64,000 nucleotides of DNA from Plasmodiophora brassicae (GCA_036867785.1 CP145420.1:124001-188000); one strand, 5' to 3'; shown: positions 1-12,276, counted from the first letter of the stretch. Notes: generated by a model from the letters alone, not told the origin. Made by a program: numbers and translations.

Positions 1-541
1 CGTCTTCGGACGTCACCGTGTGGGAGAACACGCCACCTTCTGGGATGCGCTTGATCAACGCGTGGACAGCAGTCCGCTGCTCTTTGTCGTCAAAGACGCC
101 CAGCGTCATCTCAGGAACATTCTTTCTATCAGCAGGCGGTTCCTGCGACACGAACGCTCGTAGCGCGTCGACATCGACATACTTGCGAAGGTCCTCCCAT
201 GCGTCGGGCGGTTCCTCGTCGGCTTCGGCAGCCGGCACCTCATGTTTCGGGACATCGAACGATGTCAAATGCACCACGTTGCCGTTTAGGTCAATCTCGT
301 TGACGATGAAATCGGAATACCGTTGTTTCACGGCAGCAGCAAGCGCCGGCCCAGGGCATCGCAGCAGCTCAATGCCAACATCGGCCCATTTGGCACGCAG
401 CGACGTAATCATGCAGCGGCATTCCTCCAGCGCCTTGTCCAGCGATTTCGAGTCGCATGGTTCGTCGAGTCGTGGCCGGACGGATCTCGCGTGGCCCTGC
501 TTGCGGGTTCGGGGCGGCCCCGCCCGCTTCCCACGAACCAT
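1..541 (-). CDS. PUS7: tRNA pseudouridine synthase, TruD/PUS7 family, 5' part (runs off the window)
   Basis: Minus-strand frame from ATG 541 is open to base 1 and reads ...WADVGIELL...AVKQRYSDFIVNEIDLNGNVVHL...DKEQRTAVHALIK, the PUS7 N-terminal motifs. Confidence 0.85.
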   Translation of the reverse strand, partial: MVRGKRAGPPRTRKQGHARSVRPRLDEPCDSKSLDKALEECRCMITSLRAKWADVGIELLRCPGPALAAAVKQRYSDFIVNEIDLNGNVVHLTSFDVPKHEVPAAEADEEPPDAWEDLRKYVDVDALRAFVSQEPPADRKNVPEMTLGVFDDKEQRTAVHALIKRIPEGGVFSHTVTSED

Positions 542-716
542 TGGCCTGAACTGCAGCCGTGCCACGGACTGCGCGGATGACCCTGCACGCAGCGAGGCCT
601 GAGGCCCCCTTTCGGCATATATAGCACTGTTGCAACCGCCAGGCGATTGAGATACCTATGTAGAACGAATTGGATCGCGACCTGGTACCCAGGTTAGGCG
701 CAGTGATAAGGCGGCC

Positions 717-1485
717 ATGGATGACGATACCGAGGTCGTCATGAAGATGGTGGCGGACGCGTTCGCTCGCGTCAAGGGCAATCGCCCGCACGTCACCAAA
801 GCCGACCTCAGGAGGCAGATGAAAGACGTAGTGCAGCGCATTGGAGACACGCCCGTGGGATACTGATCGTAGAGCGACATGCAACAGTTGAATTCGATTG
901 GGAGTGAGCTGGAAGGGCTGGCAGCGTCTCTGTACAACGACCTCAGTGTCGGCAAAGACGAAGACGAGTATATCGAACTTTCGGACTGGATGGACTTCTT
1001 CAAGCGGTCGAACGCGCAGAGCAAGATCAAGGTCGAGGACATCAACCTGATGATGGTGGTGCTGGGCTTCTGGCCCATCGACGAGCAAGTCAAGACCGAA
1101 TGGGCCAAGGTCTACTACTCGGTCCAGGCGCTGGATGCGCCGACCTCCCACCACCTGGTCAAGGCCGCCGAGGTCGTCCTCGACACCGAGAACATGGAGG
1201 AAGCCGAGGAGATTGTCGAGGATATTCTCTACGCGTTCATCCCCGACTACACTGAGAACCGGGTCCTTACCATGGTAACGCAATCGAGCGTGGGGACTCT
1301 GGTCTGGTCTTCTGATGGCAACGCTGGCGTAGTCGGAATGGCTGGGGTTCTGGGCACGGTTGGCCATCGAGGAGCCGCTGCCATCGCTGGCCCAGTTCCC
1401 GGCCATACGTCGGGCCATGCAGCGCGCCCGTCCAACCACACAGAAATCGCTGGATACAGTCCCCATAACGCACGACGAGATCTAG
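717..1485 (+). CDS. Hypothetical protein with EF-hand-like segments, 3 exons
   Basis: ATG 717; GT-AG introns 828-872 and 1275-1332; stop 1483-1485. Two similar segments, DEDEYIELSDWMDFF and TENRVLTMSEWLGFW, resemble degenerate EF-hands. Confidence 0.55.
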
Positions 1486-2224
1486 CCGACATCCTTTATA
1501 AAGACCAACATTGGCCCGCTGGGGACGCTGGCTTATCTAGAGTAGGTGTCACTCCCGCGAGTACCGGAAGTCGCATCCTGAGCGATGACGTTGTACTGAC
1601 GGAGCCCCAACCTTGGTGAGCTGCCTGAAAGGCATGCGTTGGATATGGGATTCTCGAGCGCGCGTCCCACAAGGCACGAAAGAAGTCGGCGACGAAGATG
1701 GCGGCCCGCGTCGACAGCGATGCCGATGCCCGTCGAGATGCAGAGCGTGTTTCCCCAAACGCCAGGTCAAAGCATTGAAGCTTCGCTCAAGAATGACTAG
1801 AAACTCGATGCCATGTTTCGTCCTTCAAGTAACGGCCTGATAGGTATGTCGGCGAATCTGGCGTCAGAGAATGCACCGGCTGGCGGACCTGGACAGGCAC
1901 CGGGCAGGGACGTCAGGCGGGCTTGGGATGGGCCTAAAGCCAAATGGAACACTGGACGTTCACGATGGCGGAACAACGACAGAATGATTTAGTAGTTCGT
2001 GGTGTCCTGTTGCTTCCAGTCGGCGTGCGTGTAGTTGCCAATGCCTGCGTGTGCTTCGGATTCGGGTTCCATCGGGCCCTAGTATAATACATCGCTGCTG
2101 CATCAGGCCAATACGTGACCACCAATGTGGGGACGAAAGCCGACACGGCGAAAACGGGAACAATTCTGTGTATTCCGGCAAACTGGCAACGGGAGACCCC
2201 CGGCCCGAGCGAGCCTTGAGATAC

Positions 2225-3409
2225 TCACTGGACGGGTGGAATGGCGCACGTGATGATGGTTGTGTCTGGAAGCCCCCAAGCACGTCTAAGTTCGCCACTG
2301 GGACCAGCAGGGTCAATCCAATTATTGCAAATGCCATTGTTGTCGAGCGACCTGTACACGCCGTTAGCCGCCCTGGCAGTCGAGCTGGTTGAAAAGCAGA
2401 CTCATACAGTTCTTTGAGGGATACAAGATCATCGAATGCGCCATCGTCAATAGTCTCGATAAGGTTGTCACCCAAATCTCTGCATAAATAGCAAGGTAAG
2501 TGACCGTTCCGGACGTGCACGTTTCAGTTGACAGTCCGCATTAGAAATGGGACATTTGCGAATACACACAGCTCGTCCACGCTGTCCAGGCCGAAGAAAG
2601 CACGGGACTGTATCGTTTGTATCCAATTCTGTTGCAGGTCGCTGTGCACATTACTTTCAGTTGACCGTTTCGCACCCCATACTGGACACATGCGAATACC
2701 CACAGCTTGACCAAGTAGTCCAGTTCACGGAAAGTACCGAAGTGTATCGTTTGTATCAGATTCTGTTTCAGATCGCTGTGCACATTTCAACTGACAGTTA
2801 GCACTCGAATGAGGCACCTGCTGATACGCACAGATCGACCAAATTTTCCAGGCCAATGAAAGCATCCTCATGCACCGTTTGTATACGATTCTCCTTCAGG
2901 TCGCTGTGAGCATTTCAGTAGACATCTCCGTACGCGAAATGGTACACCTGCGAATACCCACAGATACTTCAAGTCTTTCAGGCAACGGAAAGCATAGGCT
3001 GGAATTGTTTCTATCTGATTGCTTTCCAGGATACTGTGCACGTTTCAGTCGGCGACGAGCGAAAACGCACTGTGGCGCGCGCGGCACACGTACAGTTGCG
3101 TCAGATCAGGCCATTGGGCGAACATCGTGCCCGAAATGGCAGTGATATCGCACTGCGACCAGTCGCTATTACCATGGCACGGTCAGTACGACAATACGGG
3201 ACACGTATCATCGCCTACAGAATGATATCGTCATCGCTATCCAAGTAAGGCTCTGGCAACACAAGTTCGTGGCGAGCACGACGGCGATCGGCCGCTGCGA
3301 TCCGCGGACCGGGTGCCGCCGGGACCCACAGCAGGCCGGGCAGAAACAGCAGAACGATCGACATTCGAAACGCAGCAAGGGCCTTGCAGAGAACACCCGC
3401 AGCAGACAT
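2225..3409 (-). CDS. Secreted leucine-rich-repeat protein (paralog A), 8 exons
   Basis: Hydrophobic N-terminus MSAAGVLCKALAAFRMSIVLLFLPGLLW. Six 72-nt exons (3165-3094, 3033-2962, 2903-2832, 2775-2704, 2641-2570, 2479-2408) each encode one 24-aa LRR, e.g. DLKENRIQTVHEDAFIGLENLVDL. Last exon 2351-2225 ends WGLPDTTIITCAIPPVQ*. Confidence 0.85.
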
Positions 3410-3675
3410 GACGGCTGTTGGTATCGGTCGCCGGTCTGAACGCTGATCCTTTGAAAGCGCAATGACTCGTTGACGACAGCCGCCCAGCCACCAGGGCAGG
3501 GCACGGACCAGGCCGAAAATCGGGGCCCAAACCAGTCCGGATCATGACTGAGGTCGGGAACGCCCGCTATTTCTGGCCCGGTGACACCCCAGGGTTTCCG
3601 GATTCCGCGCCTGAGTCCGCCTTGACGCAGAGTCCGGCAAGTCCCCCCCCCCCCTGTGGACAGGACGGACCCGGA

Positions 3676-5532
3676 TTTACCGGTTAACTGAGGGCCATGG
3701 TTATCCGGCTAACCCAGGCCTCATAAAAAGTGGTACGTACCACTTTTACCGTATTTAAGCTAAAAGTGGTACGACTCTGGCCTTAAAACTGGCTAAAGGT
3801 GGTAAGGTCCAAAAAGACGTGGGAGATGGCGAGCTTGAACCGCATGACGGTCTTGATCGTCACCGTGTAGCCGTCCTCGTCGTCGTTCACGGTGAACAGC
3901 CGCAGCGCGTGCGAACGCAGCTTCTCAATCTTACGATTGCGGTCGTCGATGCCGGCCACGTCGTCGCCGTCGGCGTCAAGTTCGTCTGCCGGTCGGAACA
4001 GCATTTGGCCGATGATGACATCGACGATCTCTGTCGACACGTCGACAATGATCTCGTCGCTCTCCATGTTGAGATAGTTGAATATAAGGTTTGCGCGCGG
4101 CTGCACGTTGTCGAAGAACGCGTCCTGGTCGACCGCCGACAGGAGCTGGTATTCGGCCCACTTGGTGGCGTGCTGGTTCTGCAGGTGCGCGGTCATGGTG
4201 TCGGCGCGGAACTTGCCCGAGTAGAACTGGTCCGTCGTGCGCGCACCGCGCTTCCGGCCGGCCGCCACGATCTCGCGGCCGAAGTACAGGCACATCTTGC
4301 ATCGCGCCTCCTTGACGACGTGGCCTTCTTGGCACGTGACCTCGAGGGCGAACTTGCGCGCATACGTCCTCTGCCATTTGCCACGCGACGCCATTCGACC
4401 GAGACCGGGCGCAGTGTCGGCTTTGGCTTGGTTCGCAAGCAAGACGCAAACCTACCTCCACTACTCTCCACTCTCCAGAAATAGTTATTCGCAGTCTGGA
4501 AGGAGCACGACGGACCCCGATCCAGCTCAGTCCAGCTCGCCAGACTCTCACCAGGTCGAAACTTGTCCGGAAAGGTCCGACAGGACTCCCAAATGTCCCT
4601 GTTGGTGTCCCTGAGGCGCATAGCGTCTGCTGCAGTAGTATTGGATAGTTGTCAACACATTTCTTAAAAGTGGTACAAACCGGCCGCTAAATGTGGTAAA
4701 AGTGGCATCTATTAATAGTTTACCACTTTTTATGAGGCCTGGGCTAACCTCCAGAGCAGGACCGGTTAACCGGTTAACCGCGGTTAACCGGCCTCCGGAA
4801 ACCTTTACCTTTGGGAGCCCCTCGCACTATGTATTAAATGCGCAAGTGGCGCATTTCTGTAAGATTGACTGCGTATACAAGGTTTGCGAGAGTCAGCCTC
4901 ACCCACCGCCCCAGTCCCCGAGTCCCCGAGTGCTGAGCCCCCTCTCCCTAACCAACGTCCCAGCAACCACGCCCCGACCCTGGGTCTCGCCATTCCCCAG
5001 TCGTCAAACACCGCCGCATCGATCGTGTTGCCAGTGGAGGGCGCGGCCGCAGGCAGCTCTCGGGTCGCTCGCCGGCTCGGACGCTGTCAGGTCCGGCGGC
5101 CTACATAGATTGACGAAGTTGACGACGTCTTCATCCTCACTGCGAAACCTGACTTGACATGTGATGATCCCATCGGATGGTGGAAACACTACCGAACTCG
5201 GTTTCCTACTCTATCGAAACTTGCCAGGGACACCTTAATGGTGATGAGATCGTCCGTCCCAACAGAGTCCGCGCTCTCAGTATCTGGAGGACACGTTCCT
5301 GCTAACAGAGGTCGCATGTCCAAGGAGAACCTGTCGATCATGATGATGCTGCGATCATGGAGGAACGTCTTATTCATCAAGACGCAATACATTTCAGCAT
5401 GTGTCCCTTCGCCATTGTTAGGGCGAATATGCTATGAAATTTCGTCGGTTAACCGTTGGTCAACCGGTCTTTTAACCGGTTAAGCCCCAGGCCCGGACCG
5501 GTTAACCGCGGACCGGATCGTGGTCGCCCCTA
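3676..5532 (+). mobile_element. Degenerate hAT DNA transposon (outer element), left TIR lost
   Basis: 8-bp direct repeat GACCCGGA at 3668-3675 and 5533-5540. Right end reads TAGGGGCGACC on the minus strand. Many GGTTAACC subterminal motifs. ORF 5154-5483 encodes a hAT dimerisation domain (DPIGWWK...FPTLSKLARD...SSVPTESALS). The paralogous site near 23420-23445 lacks the insertion. Confidence 0.75.
3715..4741 (-). mobile_element. Internally deleted hAT-type element nested in the outer hAT
   Basis: Perfect 21-bp TIRs CAGGCCTCATAAAAAGTGGTA (3715-3735 and 4721-4741). 8-bp TSD GGCTAACC (3707-3714, 4742-4749). AAAAGTGGTA subterminal repeats. Truncated ORF 4394-3783 with a CxxC...HxxxxH Zn-finger-like N-terminus. 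Confidence 0.88.
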
Positions 5533-5799
5533 GACCCGGATGAATGATGTGCAGGAGCCGGATTTGCAGGTCAGTACTCGCACAGGAAGGCCGGTTACAG
5601 GGTACGCGTGCTGTCCCGAGGGTTGCTGCGAGCACCCAGTGGCAGCAGAATGCCGACGAACACGACATGCCTATCATATCAGGTGCAGCGCCGTCATGTA
5701 CCCAGGCAGGTGGCAGCACTAGCCGAGCCGCCCTGAGAAGCAGGTAACCCTGGTACCGACTATTACCAGACGACTATACAATTGGGAGCGTAATATCGG

Positions 5800-7544
5800 C
5801 TAGATGTCGTGTTGCTTCCAGTCGGCCTTCATATCGTTGACGACGGCCTTGTGATCCCGGAGACGCGCGATCCACGTCTGGCAGGTCACATCATCGGCGT
5901 ATTGCAGGCGGTGCACGCTCGCATCGCTCATGACGATTTCGATGGTCGTGGGTGACGCGCTCGACACGGCAACGGCGTCGATGTCCTCGACCCTGATCTC
6001 GGCGCTCGGCACATTCAAGCTCGGGTTCGCGGCGGCCGCCTTGTATAAGAAGACGCTGTCGTGCAGAACGGACAGGATGGCGCGATACGACCGTCTGCCG
6101 TACTTGACGTTATCCGATTCCAGGCACCCGCCTGTCTTCGTGAGCGCATCCGGGAAGTGGCTCAACAGCTCCAGGTACTCGGCTATACGCGCCAGCGACG
6201 AGATCTTCCTTGTCACGACATACGATCGCACGTCGACCCGCAGCGCCTTTGACATTCGGTCCACGTCGCTGTGCGTCCTCGTATGTTTCGGGTTCGGGTC
6301 CTTGAACAGGTCGTAGAACGTCGTCAACTGCGGGATCACCTTCCTGATCAGCGGGTTCAACTGTCGCCGGGGCACCGTCAGTCCACAGCACGATCGACCC
6401 AAACAGACACTCAGCGTCCTACCGCCTGCATGAATTCCTCCTTGTCGCCGAATTCGTGCAGGCTGGCGGCGGACTGGACGACTTTGGCCACCAGGATCAG
6501 GTTCCGTTTGCACTGTTTCGTCATGGGCTTGCTCTCGTTCGGGAACGGGGCCACGATCGTTGGGCAGACGAACCTGAGGAACAGCAGGTTCGACATGCCG
6601 ACCCAGCCGCTGCCTTCGAACTTTCTCTCGATGGCCGAATGCACGACCCGGCACATGACGGTGAACGTGGTCGGCACGTCGGCCACGACCGCTCTGAGCA
6701 GGTCGGCGCTGGCGTTGCACAGCGCCTTCAGGTTCGCGCGTCGCTGCTTGGCGCTCGTCTCGACCTGCGGGTCGATCTCGAACGAGACCGCCTCGCTGGA
6801 CGCGATGATCTTCCTGAGCACGGCCAGGACCTGCGCGTGGATGTTCTGCCCGAACGCCCGGGCGCATAACGTCAGCATTCGTGTGACCTGCGTGTTCTTC
6901 CTGAACAGGTCGGCCGACGCGTGGATGTCGGCCAGTTCGCGGTCCAGGGCGGGCCCCAGCACCTTCAACAGGAGCGACTCGTTGCGGAACAGGTTGACCG
7001 TCGAGAAGATGAGCGTGTTGGACGCGTCGGACGGGATGCCCGCGATGCTGTTGATCCGCCCGTCCATGATCGTCGTGACGAACAGGTTTGGGTCGCGTTC
7101 GATGCGCTGGAACAGGTCCGGTAGGTGACCGCTCCGGATGATCGTGTCGTTGATACAGCCGACCACCATCCTCGGGTCCATCGTTGCGTCACCATCCTGC
7201 TCGTCGTCGTCGCTGGCGTCCTCCGACGTAGCCGGCGCCGGGTCATCCCTGGTCTTGTCGTCATCCTCGGCCAGTTTCTTCGCCGTCATCGTGTTCTCAA
7301 TGCTGAGGGACACGTGCCCGATGGAGGACAGCGTTGCCTCCTCCCAGACGACGTTCGGCTCCTCGAGGTAGACATCGGGATCGTCGAGCACGCCGTTCTC
7401 GAGGATCGGGACCGGCAGGCGCCCTTGGTCCAGGGTCCGGTTCTGGATGCGTCGCATCTTGTACCGAAGGGCGATCGCTGTTCGAGGCGACACGGGCGGC
7501 TGCGGTGACGACGACGATGCGTGCGCGTCGTCGAGCACGGGCAT
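5800..7544 (-). CDS. RasGAP-domain protein with C-terminal PH-like domain, 2 exons
   Basis: LFRNES...LFRKNT...FEIDP...FLRFVCPTIVAP...RNLILVAKVVQSAAS...KEEFM are RasGAP motifs. Intron 6422-6361. PH-like tail ending CQTWIARL. Confidence 0.85.
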
Positions 7545-7699
7545 CGACCAGGGCACGATCGCCACCGTGAACGGCCCACACCCGCAGCGATCGACTGCTA
7601 GTACCCAGTACAGCAGTAGTACGAACGAGCCAGATGGATTGTGAATCTTCCACTCCCCCGGACAGGGGGTTGGTGCACCACTACAGCAACAATGTGTAT

Positions 7700-8798
7700 C
7701 TACATGGGGCCGAGCTGGTACGAGCTGGCCGGTGCGTTCTTTGGCATGTACCTGCGAGGACCAGGGCGTGAGCACCTCCGGGTACCGTCCGACGCGGACG
7801 ACTGACATGGCCGTGTCGCAGTCTTCATTGTCGGTCAGCTCGTCCTCATCGCCGCTCGAAAACGCGTCCTCTTTCTCGACGACGACCTCGATCCCGTCGA
7901 ATGCGATCTTCGCGTGCGCGTTATCCTGTCGCGCGTTCGTTAGCGATCCACATGCTGGGGGTCATTCGACCCAGGTAGAGCATCGGGTCACCTGGATCTT
8001 GAACTTCTCCTGGTCGTGCTTGCGCAGGTTGACGGCCGCAATGGACTTGTTCGTTCGCTGTTTGAGGAACGGCAGGCAGGTGATGACGAGGTCGTGGGCC
8101 GCATGGCTCAGCTCGACGATCTGCTGCCGGATGTCGTCGGCGATGCCGTCATAGTAGTGGTTCTCGAGCTCGGGGTGCACGCGCACGAACAGGTCCTCCC
8201 AGAACCGGATGCCCAGGACCGCCGTCTGGACCTTGATCTGCAATTCGAACATGGGCCAGACCAGGATCGGGTAGTAGTCCTTGGCCATGCGGAACTCGAG
8301 CAGGTCGAGCTTGCCGTCGTGCTTCTCGTCGTACAGGTCGATGGCCTTCTCGACCGCCAGCGGGAGCATCGAGTCGTGGCCGTGCGACGCCTGCATCAGC
8401 GCCACGAGGCTGTCGCCGGCCACGTACCCGGTCGAGTTCGTGTCGTACATGGAGAACATGAACTCGACGAGGCGGTCGTACGTGTACAGGTTGATCCTGG
8501 CCATGGCCGTCAGCCATTCGTAGAAGTTCCACAGCTGGTCCTTGTCGGTGTCCAGGTAGTCGAACACCAGGTCGAGGAACGGCGACCGGCGCAGGTTGAT
8601 GTGGTTGAAGAGTTCGTCGCAGGAGACGGCGCCCTTGCCGGCCGTGTCCATCGAGCAGAACACCTGGAACAGGCGCTGTAGTTCGACATCGGTCAGCTGC
8701 ATCTCCTCGGCGAGGTCGCGCAGCGCATCGGTCAGCTCGAACGTCGCCTTCGCCTGCGACAGGCAGCAGCAGCAGCAGCAGCACAGCCAGCGACACAT
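7700..8798 (-). CDS. EF-hand calcium-binding protein (calcineurin B/CBL-like) with N-terminal poly-Cys, 3 exons
   Basis: Four EF-hand loops (DTAGKGAVSCDE, DTDKDQLWNFYE, DTNSTGYVAGDS, DEKHDGKLDLLE). Introns 7991-7926 and 7806-7752 give a stop at 7702-7700. Confidence 0.8.
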
Positions 8799-8876
8799 GC
8801 TAGGTCGGCATTGCCCGGTCCAGTACGGGTGCGACGATCATTCCGATATCTGCCTGCACCGCAGCAGTGTATTCCC

Positions 8877-9646
8877 CTACTGGATGTACCTGTGCAGGAA
8901 CCGGACGTGGAAGTCGTTCCTGATCGTGTCGTTGATGAACCGCTTCTTCCGGGTCGGCTCATCCGCCGCCTGGTTCTTGAACACGACGTCGTCGCCCCAG
9001 CGGCGCTTGACAGTGAAGGCGTCGCCGCCGGCTAGGTTCGACGCCAACAGCGGGTTGCTGGTCAGGACGGCATCCTCGGCCTCCTTCCGTTCCAGGTCCC
9101 TGGCGTCCGCTTCCTTCCTCAAGCGTTCCGCTTCGCGCTCCGCCTTGATCCGTTCCAATTCACGCAGCAGCTCCGCCTCTTCGTCGTCGTCGCTCTCGTC
9201 GCTCGACGAATCGCTATTCGAGCTACTTGCCGTATCGTCAGCGTCGTCGAACGTCGCCGTTCCGCCGGCGTCCGTTATCGTCGTCGTCGGCTTGTACTCG
9301 ATCAACGACACGGGTTCTGGGCCAGGAGCGCCGCCCAGCTGCTTCCGCAGCTCGGCCTGCCTCTGGTCAGCGACGATCGACTCGCGCAGATCCAGTTCAG
9401 CCTTGAGGTCTCGCGACGCAACCTCCTCGGCGCTGTTCTGCCCCAGCTGCCTACCGGTTCCCACACACTCAGGACGGCATCGTCCACACGGCGAGGACGC
9501 CGGATCGCCCCCTACCTGTACTTCAGCGTCGTCTGCCCGGGCATGTCCCGGGAGGAGAACTGCAGGCGCGGCGTATGATAACGGTATCCGCCCTGGGTGG
9601 CGCTGCCCACCGCCGGGTGGTACGTCGGCTTATGGGCGGTCGTCAT
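8877..9646 (-). CDS. CWC15: Spliceosome-associated protein CWC15, 2 exons
   Basis: MTTAHKPTYHPA...SSRDMPGQTTLKYR|QLGQ...KRRWGDDVVFKNQA...FINDTIRNDFHVRFLHRYIQ; intron 9515-9451. Confidence 0.95.
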
Positions 9647-10177
9647 CGTGGCACGACACCTACGCTACGCGCCTCGACCCGAAAGTCCGTGACTGTCTCG
9701 GCAGCCGCGCCACCACGGCGCCTTGGTTCACCTCGTGGCTTGAACGTACCTAACGTACAGTCATAGTCGTCCGCCGCCTGTCTCGAGCACCGGCGGAAGC
9801 AAACCGCAGAAAACGACATGTTCGGGTGGAGGTAACTGGCTGCGTGTCTCCTGCCTGCCTGCCCAGGCACGCACCTACGAACGAGGAGGCGACTGCACGG
9901 CGTGAGTAATTCCACACCCGGCGTTGCCGATTGCCTGACAGACATGCGCGTCGCTGGACGTACCGGGCCCTCGACTGCAACGACCTGTTACTGAATCTGC
10001 CATGTATTTTATTACTTTTAAGTACAAAAAGGAGGCATAACTGGAACGATCGTCGTTTTCCGCGTCACGCGTCGCGTCGCGGACGGGGGACGGGGGGCGC
10101 TATTCTCAAACTCGGAGAGCGATCTGGCCGCATGGCGTTCGCGAACGTTTGACGAGCGTCGTGGTCGGTATGGTGGT

Positions 10178-12276
10178 ATGCGCGCATGCCTGCGCTGGTT
10201 GTCGACGATGGTGACGGCGCGCAAGGAGTTCGACCTGGCGCTGCAGTCGGGCTGGAACATCGACCTGGCGGCGTCGGCGTTCACGCGCCTGGCCGCCTTC
10301 AGCGGCGCCACGCACGACGATTTCGACCGGCTCCTGAGCGCGTGCATCACCGTTGGCGGCTCCTATCACCATATCCAGCACGCCTTCTCGGAGCACGCCA
10401 GCAAGGTCGTGCCGAGGCCCGCATCCGTCCACCTGGTCGCCGCGATATACGGGAAGCTGACCCGGGCGGCGATACCAGACGTGCCGCATCCCGTCATCGT
10501 TGCCGTTGACCGCGGGTGCCGTCCGCATCGCGACACCGTCGACCTGGCGCTTCGACATTTACTTCAGTTGCGCGATCAGCAACGGGTCCGTCGTCTCCTG
10601 TGCCAATGCCACGATTTGCAATTGTCGCCATCCACCGCTCTATGGAACATGTAGGACGGACGGTCCCGCCCCCCCGAGACACTGGACGCGTATGCTAACG
10701 TTTCCTCCTGTACTGCAGGGCCATTCTGGTCGTGTGCCAGGCACCCGACGCCGACCAAGACATCGTCGGCCTGTACCGATGGATCCTGGGGCGCGGCGCC
10801 GTCCTGCGCGACTCGCTGACGAAGTGCATCCTGGCGCTGATCGCGGGCGGCCGTATCCATGCCGCCCATCAAGTGTTCCTGACCGTTTGCGAGCGCCTGA
10901 ACGTTCAGGCGCGTGCTCGACGCGCGCTCTACGATGCGTTGCCCGACCCGTCGTCCGCCTGGGCGCTGTTCATTCGCGACCGCGCCAACGGGTCCAAGTC
11001 GATGGTACCGACGGGCATCCGCCTGTGCGTTCTGACCGGGCGCGACGCCCTGGCCAGGCGGGCGTACCGCCACCTGGATCAGCATTTCGGCGAGAACGAG
11101 GTCAAGGGTGCGCTGAACGCGCTCATCTCGAAGCTGTGCCCCGGATGGGAGGCCGGCCGATGGGCGCAGTGGGCCCTGGAGGCCCGGGTGCCACTCGCCA
11201 GAGCGTCCCTCGAGCACCTGTTTGCTATATGCCAAGACGACCTGAGACTGTCGCCGCTGCTCGCCTTTGAGTGCCTAAAGGAAGGCGCAACCGCCAGCGA
11301 CGCGATCGTGCCATTGTTCCGGGCCGGCGGGATGTTCGGCAACCCTCGCGCTGCCCTGCGTGTCCTGGGCGTTATGACGGCCACGTATCGTGCGCGCCTC
11401 ACCGAGGTCTATGGGAACGCGTGCAATGGCCTGGCTGTGGAATACCTGCTCCGGACGGGCGCCAGTGCCGTTATGTACGAGGTGGCTGCCCGGATGGCGT
11501 TGCGTCTGGAACCCCCCGCCGACTGGGCCGCAGCGACCCGAGCGTGCCTGGACCGCATGCGTCGCGCCCAGGTCCCCGCGTCCACCGATCTATGGCGGGC
11601 CATCGCTCGCGTCTGTATCAGACGGGGCGCTCTGGACGCCCTGTTCGAGTTGCGAACGGTCTACGCTGCTGGCCGTTGCGACCTGCCGTTCCTGTTCACG
11701 AAGCCGGTGCGAGTCCTGTTCCGATGCGGCAGATACCGGGACGTCATCGCACAGATCCAGGCCATGGTGTCGTCGGGTTACACGAACGCGCTTCGCAAGG
11801 CAATGGTTCGTCGCGCGGGCCTGGTGTCCGCGTTGAAAACGGGCCTCCTGCAACCGTGTGAACCGGGGCCGTTCATGGGCGTCCACCTGAGGCGGACGCT
11901 GATGATGATGCTGCCGCCGCCGTCCGACGAGCACATGAGGATGCACGCGACGGCAGCGCTCAATGGCACCATGGGCGTTCGCTTCCTGAACGACCTGATT
12001 TGGCAGCTTGGGCGCCTGCACCTGCCCGAACGGGACCGTCTGCAGCGGTCGCTCGACCTCCTGTTCGTATTCGTCGCGGGGTCGCCTCGGCGACCGCACC
12101 CGTACACGCTGCTGGCCGTGCTGTGGTGGTGTGTCAAGGCGCGCGACGTCGGCAATGCCGTGCGCGTCCTCGAGCTCGCCGTCGAACGCGACATCCGCAT
12201 CCCTGACAAGAAACTGGGGCGCCTTCTCTGCAGAATGCCTGAGCTGGAACACGCTATAATACTGCCTCGCAGATGA
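10178..12276 (+). CDS. Helical-repeat (PPR-like) protein, possibly mitochondrial, 2 exons
   Basis: Arg-rich N-terminus MRACLRWLST; one intron at about 10651-10718 joins ORFs 10178 and 10732. Repeated PPR-like segments (PSTALWN, PASTDLWRAI, PHPYTLLAVL). Confidence 0.55.

Noticed and set aside
2400-3170. Repeat-spacer pattern of about 130-bp period
   Set aside because: Explained by duplicated LRR exon plus intron units.
8596-9753. 385-aa plus-strand ORF and similar long antisense ORFs across the window
   Set aside because: Shadow frames of GC3-rich genes on the opposite strand; no recognisable motifs.
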